Source: Candidatus Latescibacterota bacterium
GTDB taxonomy: Bacteria > Latescibacterota > UBA2968
Length of the DNA: 64,000 nucleotides
NCBI GenBank assembly: GCA_965205975.1
Contig: OZ242195.1
Coordinates: 5,312,001-5,376,000 of the forward strand
Direction of reading: 5' to 3'
Each line of letters opens with the position of its first letter. Positions within the stretch are counted from its first letter, which is position 1. Below are positions 59,935-64,000 of this stretch, one piece after another. Position numbers and translations under genes: made by a program. The notes under the pieces are model-generated. The model did no database searches. It saw nothing but the letters and a program-made list of their open reading frames with translations, and was not told where the DNA came from.

Positions 59935-61707
59935 TCATTTTGGCTCTACCATCGCTTTGCGCTGGGCGGTGAGGTGGCGGTGTTTTTCCAGTGTGGCGCG
60001 CAGGTCGTCGGGAGAAAGCGGTTGGCGCAATTGCTTTTCGATTAGTTCGATTTCGCTTTCGAGACTTTTGAGCTGGAACTTGTGCATATAATCTTGAATG
60101 GGAACATCGATGTTGGGATTCTCAATGCCAATTTCCAGAGATAGGTGGGTCAATATGCGGCACAAGCGATCATCGTCGCACTGATTGATGAGGTGTGCGA
60201 TCTCGATGGGTTGTTTCTGCTGTCGGTTGCGGGCAATCATGGTGGCGATTTGCCGGTAGGTACTATTTGTAAAATTGTCGGGAGAAATTTGATTGAATAC
60301 GCTATCGGCAGTTTCGGGGTGCTGCATCAGGAAGGTGAGCAATTCGCGCTCGGAACGTGGCCGCGTATCATAAGATTCGGGTTCTGGTTGTCCATTTTTC
60401 GGTCTTGTGGTGCGGCGTTGTGTTTGAGCAATGCTGATGAGGGTTTCTTCATCTATCCCGATTTTTTCGGCGATGTCTTTGATGACAAGCTGTTTGAGCG
60501 CGTTGTCTTTGATGCGTCCAACGAGTTCGGCAAATGCGTTTGCTGTTCGGGTTTTGCCATCTATGGTTGAGAGGTCGTCGCGTTGGGCAAATTGTTCCAT
60601 GAGGAAGTCGATGGCGGGTGCGGCGTTTTCGGTGAGGCGCAGAAGGCCATCGGATCCCTGGGCGCGTACATAACTGTCGGGGTCGTGGTCTTCGGGTAGT
60701 GTGACAACGCGGACTTCGAGGCCCACTTCAAAGAGCGATCCGATACCGCGCATTGCAGCGGTTGCACCGGCGGTGTCGCCGTCAAAGATGAGTATGGTTT
60801 TGGGTGCGTAACGCCTGAGCAGGCGCGCCTGGTCGGTTGTGAGTGCTGTGCCAGAGGATGCGACCGCGTTTTCAATATTATATTGTGCAAGGGCAATGAG
60901 GTCCATATAACCTTCAACAACGAGTGCTACACCTGCATCGCGGATGGCATCTCTATTGCGCCACAAGCCGTACAGGGTGGCACTTTTGTTGTACACAGGG
61001 GTTTCTGGAGAGTTGATGTATTTGGCCTGCTCGTTGGGGTCGAGGGCGCGCGCGCCAAAGGCGACGGGGCGACCTGTGGCGGCGTGAATGGGGAAGGTGA
61101 TGCGATTGCGAAAGCGGTCGTAAAAACCACCTCCTGTTTGCCTTTGTGAGACCAGACCGGCGCGTTCGAGTATTTGCGGAGAGAATTTCCGACGGGTGGC
61201 GACTTGCAAGAAGCCATCCCATTGATCGGGCGCGTAACCGAGGGAAAAGGCATCGATTACGTCGCGGTTTATGCCGCGATTTTCGAGGTATGCCATTGCA
61301 TCGGCGGCTTTCTCGTCCTGTGTGAGCAGGTGATGAAAATATTTGACTGCGAGTTCATTGGCGCGGTAGAGTTGGTCAAATACTTCCTGCTGGTCCGGGT
61401 CTGCCGGCTTTGCATCGGGCAGGGCTATGCCCGCGCGGTCGGCGAGTTGGCGAACGGCTTCGATAAAGCTGATGTTTTCTATGTCGCGCAGAAATGTAAA
61501 GCTGTTGCCGCCCGCACCGCAGGCGAAACACTTGTAGATCTGTTTTTCCTGCGAGACGTTTAGGGAGGGTGTGGAATCGTCGTGGAAGGGACACAGGCCG
61601 ACAAAGCTTTTGCCCCGGCGGGTCAGCGCAACGTGATCGCCCACAACATCGACAATGTCGATAGACAGGCGCACTTGATCGATGACAGTTTCTGGAATGC
61701 GCGGCAT
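59935..61707 (-). CDS. dnaG: DNA primase
   Basis: CPFHDD...CFAC zinc finger, KYINSPET, VEGYMD, FDGDTAG, DPD. Confidence 0.97.
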   Translation of the reverse strand: MPRIPETVIDQVRLSIDIVDVVGDHVALTRRGKSFVGLCPFHDDSTPSLNVSQEKQIYKCFACGAGGNSFTFLRDIENISFIEAVRQLADRAGIALPDAKPADPDQQEVFDQLYRANELAVKYFHHLLTQDEKAADAMAYLENRGINRDVIDAFSLGYAPDQWDGFLQVATRRKFSPQILERAGLVSQRQTGGGFYDRFRNRITFPIHAATGRPVAFGARALDPNEQAKYINSPETPVYNKSATLYGLWRNRDAIRDAGVALVVEGYMDLIALAQYNIENAVASSGTALTTDQARLLRRYAPKTILIFDGDTAGATAAMRGIGSLFEVGLEVRVVTLPEDHDPDSYVRAQGSDGLLRLTENAAPAIDFLMEQFAQRDDLSTIDGKTRTANAFAELVGRIKDNALKQLVIKDIAEKIGIDEETLISIAQTQRRTTRPKNGQPEPESYDTRPRSERELLTFLMQHPETADSVFNQISPDNFTNSTYRQIATMIARNRQQKQPIEIAHLINQCDDDRLCRILTHLSLEIGIENPNIDVPIQDYMHKFQLKSLESEIELIEKQLRQPLSPDDLRATLEKHRHLTAQRKAMVEPK

Positions 61708-61760
61708 GTAAGGAACTCCCTGGGGAGAGGGAGGCTGTAAATAGGTGTTGTAAGCTAATT

Positions 61761-63710
61761 TTAAGCTGGATCAACCCAATCGCCACTGGCGCGTATCAGG
61801 TCAATCAGTTCGTCAACCGCGCCTTCTGTGGGGATATTGCGTTTGACGATGTCTTTGCCCTTGTAGAGCGTGATTTTGCCAGGTCCACTGCCTACATAAC
61901 CGTAATCGGCGTCGGCCATTTCACCGGGACCGTTGACAATGCAGCCCATAATGCCAATTTTGACGCCTTTGAGGTGGTTGGTGTGGCTTCGAATCAGGGC
62001 GGTGGTTTCCTGCAGGTCGAACAGGGTGCGCCCGCACGAAGGACAGGATATGTATTCGGTTTTGGATATGCGGGTGCGCGTGGCTTGCAAGATGCCGAAG
62101 GCCGTGCGGGTGCGGGCGTGGTCGTCTATTTGATCGGATGCTTCGAGCCACAGGCCATCGCCGAGGCCATCGACGAGCAGTCCGCCGCAGTCGGTGGCGG
62201 CGTAGAGCATGAAGGCATCACTGGCTGAGTACATTGTGGCGCTATACGTTCGGCGGATGACTACGGGTATGTCGCAATGCCAATCTGCAAGCAGGCAGAA
62301 TGCGCGGCGCAGTTCGGGCATGGCATGGGGGTTGTGGGTTTGCAGGACGAGTACTGCATGGAGATCGTCCTCGACCGCGTGGATAAGCGGTTCGTCGAGT
62401 TCGTCGAGTTCGGCACATATAAAGGTGATGCGGTCGGCTGTGTGATTGGATTGCAAGTATGCAGTTGCAGAAAAAATCGGGTATGCGGTGGAGGAGGGCG
62501 ACCAGGCTCGGGCATTTTGAATGACGCCGAGTGTGCCCGGCAGTTCAAAATTGAGGGTGCGATTGCCGGTGTAGATAAAGTCAACGGCCATGTCGGCAAT
62601 GTGCCATTTGTCGAGCACCGCATCGTACGTATAGCCAAAGGGGTTCAGAGATTCGGGGGTGATGGTGCCCTGTGGGGTGGCAATGACGATTGGGGCACTC
62701 GGCTTGCCGATTTTTTCAACCTGTCGCGTTTCGCGACGCGTGTACGAAAATGGATCGATATGGGATGTTTGAATTTCCGGTATTGGCGCGTGATCGCTGC
62801 GGTTGCAATAACGGGCGACCAGTGTTTGCGCTACGGGGATTTCGGCTTCGGGTTCTTCGGTGAGGGAGACGCGAATGGTATCGCCCAGGCCGTCTTCCAG
62901 CAGCGCGCCTATGCCCACGGCCGATTTGATGCGCCCGTCTTCGCCATCGCCAGCTTCTGTGACGCCCAGATGGAGCGGATAGTTCATGTCTTCGGCCATC
63001 ATTTTGTTTACCAGCAGGCGATAGGCTTGAACCATAATTTGCGGATTGCTGGCTTTCATGGAAAATACGATGTCGTGGTAGTCGAGGTCGCTGCATATTC
63101 GCGCAAATTCGAGTGCGGATTCGACCATGCCGAGCGGGGTGTCGCCAAACCTGCTCATAATGCGGTCTGAGAGCGATCCGTGGTTGGTGCCAATCCGCAT
63201 GGCTGTGCCGTATTCTTTGCAGATTTTGACCAGTGGTGTGAATCTGTCGCGGATGCGCTGTAATTCTTCGGCGTATTGGGCATCGGTGTATTCGATGATC
63301 TGGAATTTTTTTTTGTCGGCATAATTGCCGGGGTTCACGCGCACTTTTTCCACAATTCGAGCGGCGATTTCCGCGGCATTGGGGGTGTAGTGAATATCGG
63401 CTACCAGTGGGGTGTGGTAGCCCGCGGCTCTGAGTTTTTTTTGAATGTTTTCGAGGTTGCGGGCTTCGTTCTGACTGGGTGCTGTTATGCGCACGTATTC
63501 ACATCCGGCGCGGATCATGCGGATGGACTGGGCGACCGTACCATCGGTGTCCATGGTATCGGTTGTGGTCATTGATTGCACGCGGATGGGATTGTCGCCG
63601 CCGAGTGGCACACCCCCGATATCGACTTCGCGGGTTTTGAAGCGGGCGTATTCCGTGAGCGAATTGCAGTATTTTCCCTGGGAAACGAGCAGGTCACTGA
63701 TTATGGACAT
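61761..63710 (-). CDS. ispG: HMBPP synthase IspG, long three-domain type
   Basis: PIRVQSMT, VADIH, RVNPGN, LHLGVTEAG, SCPSCGRT, MGCIVNGPGE. Confidence 0.96.
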   Translation of the reverse strand: MSIISDLLVSQGKYCNSLTEYARFKTREVDIGGVPLGGDNPIRVQSMTTTDTMDTDGTVAQSIRMIRAGCEYVRITAPSQNEARNLENIQKKLRAAGYHTPLVADIHYTPNAAEIAARIVEKVRVNPGNYADKKKFQIIEYTDAQYAEELQRIRDRFTPLVKICKEYGTAMRIGTNHGSLSDRIMSRFGDTPLGMVESALEFARICSDLDYHDIVFSMKASNPQIMVQAYRLLVNKMMAEDMNYPLHLGVTEAGDGEDGRIKSAVGIGALLEDGLGDTIRVSLTEEPEAEIPVAQTLVARYCNRSDHAPIPEIQTSHIDPFSYTRRETRQVEKIGKPSAPIVIATPQGTITPESLNPFGYTYDAVLDKWHIADMAVDFIYTGNRTLNFELPGTLGVIQNARAWSPSSTAYPIFSATAYLQSNHTADRITFICAELDELDEPLIHAVEDDLHAVLVLQTHNPHAMPELRRAFCLLADWHCDIPVVIRRTYSATMYSASDAFMLYAATDCGGLLVDGLGDGLWLEASDQIDDHARTRTAFGILQATRTRISKTEYISCPSCGRTLFDLQETTALIRSHTNHLKGVKIGIMGCIVNGPGEMADADYGYVGSGPGKITLYKGKDIVKRNIPTEGAVDELIDLIRASGDWVDPA

Positions 63711-63737
63711 TGGTCGTCTCTGTGAATAATGGTCCGT

Positions 63738-63766
63738 GTAGGTGCGGGTTTTAAACCCGCACCTAC
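63738..63766. repeat. GTAG-flanked perfect palindrome (REP-like)
   Basis: GTAGGTGCGGGTTT-T-AAACCCGCACCTAC; overlaps the stop codon of the upstream gene. Confidence 0.65.
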
Positions 63767-63999
63767 CTGGATTCCTCAAGCATTTCGTTGATTTTTTTTC
63801 GCGCTTTACCGGCTTCTTCGTTGAGCTTTTCAATCAGAGGAGGCGTTTTTTCGATCTGAATGCCCAGTGCTTCGAGCAGGGTTTTTACGTTGGGAAACAT
63901 GGCTTGTACACCATCGGCAATCACCCGAGCGGATTTTTGAAGTGGTGCGCCTAAGGCAGAATTGTCGATGAATTCGGGCACGCGGCTGTGGATGGGCTT
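63763..63999 (-). CDS. 3' end of a gene truncated by the window edge
   Basis: Frame stays open to the window end; product not identifiable. Confidence 0.55.
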   Translation of the reverse strand, partial: KPIHSRVPEFIDNSALGAPLQKSARVIADGVQAMFPNVKTLLEALGIQIEKTPPLIEKLNEEAGKARKKINEMLEESR

Positions 64000-64000
64000 T

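Noticed and set aside
63711..63833. N-terminal extension of IspG shown in the ORF track
   Set aside because: It overlaps the upstream gene and a REP palindrome; the ATG at 63710 is the more plausible start.

Overview
A 64-kb window of a bacterial chromosome. Gene content (three-domain IspG, PorV-like barrel, sulfatase, DUF3098-like gene next to rplS) suggests an FCB-group or Latescibacterota/Gemmatimonadota-like organism; this is an inference. The housekeeping backbone includes ffh-rpsP-rimM-trmD-rplS, rpe, hrpA, sucA-sucB-lpdA, an HU/IHF gene, dnaG, ispG, tRNA-Val(TAC) and a tRNA with a CAT anticodon. Two accessory defence regions interrupt it. The first is an integrase-less ~4.6-kb islet at tRNA-Val, bounded by a 52-bp att duplication and carrying an IetAS-type AAA-ATPase plus S8 protease pair. 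The second is a ~12-kb co-oriented DNA phosphorothioation locus: PbeABCD-like effector genes and dndBCDE, with an AT-rich GIY-YIG nuclease plus second DGQHR/DndB-like gene pair nested between them, next to an IS630 that splits a small gene. The main non-coding signals are: a ~320-nt leader of a sigma-70 factor gene with repeated UCCC-loop hairpins; a three-copy dispersed element bracketed by octamer arrays that supplies the identical 'RIDE-stop' ending to rpe and sucA; a structured REP-like element upstream of a solitary HNH gene; and a candidate sRNA beside a ferritin/porin/FMN-binding/PepSY iron locus. All calls come from reading motifs by eye; no searches were run.
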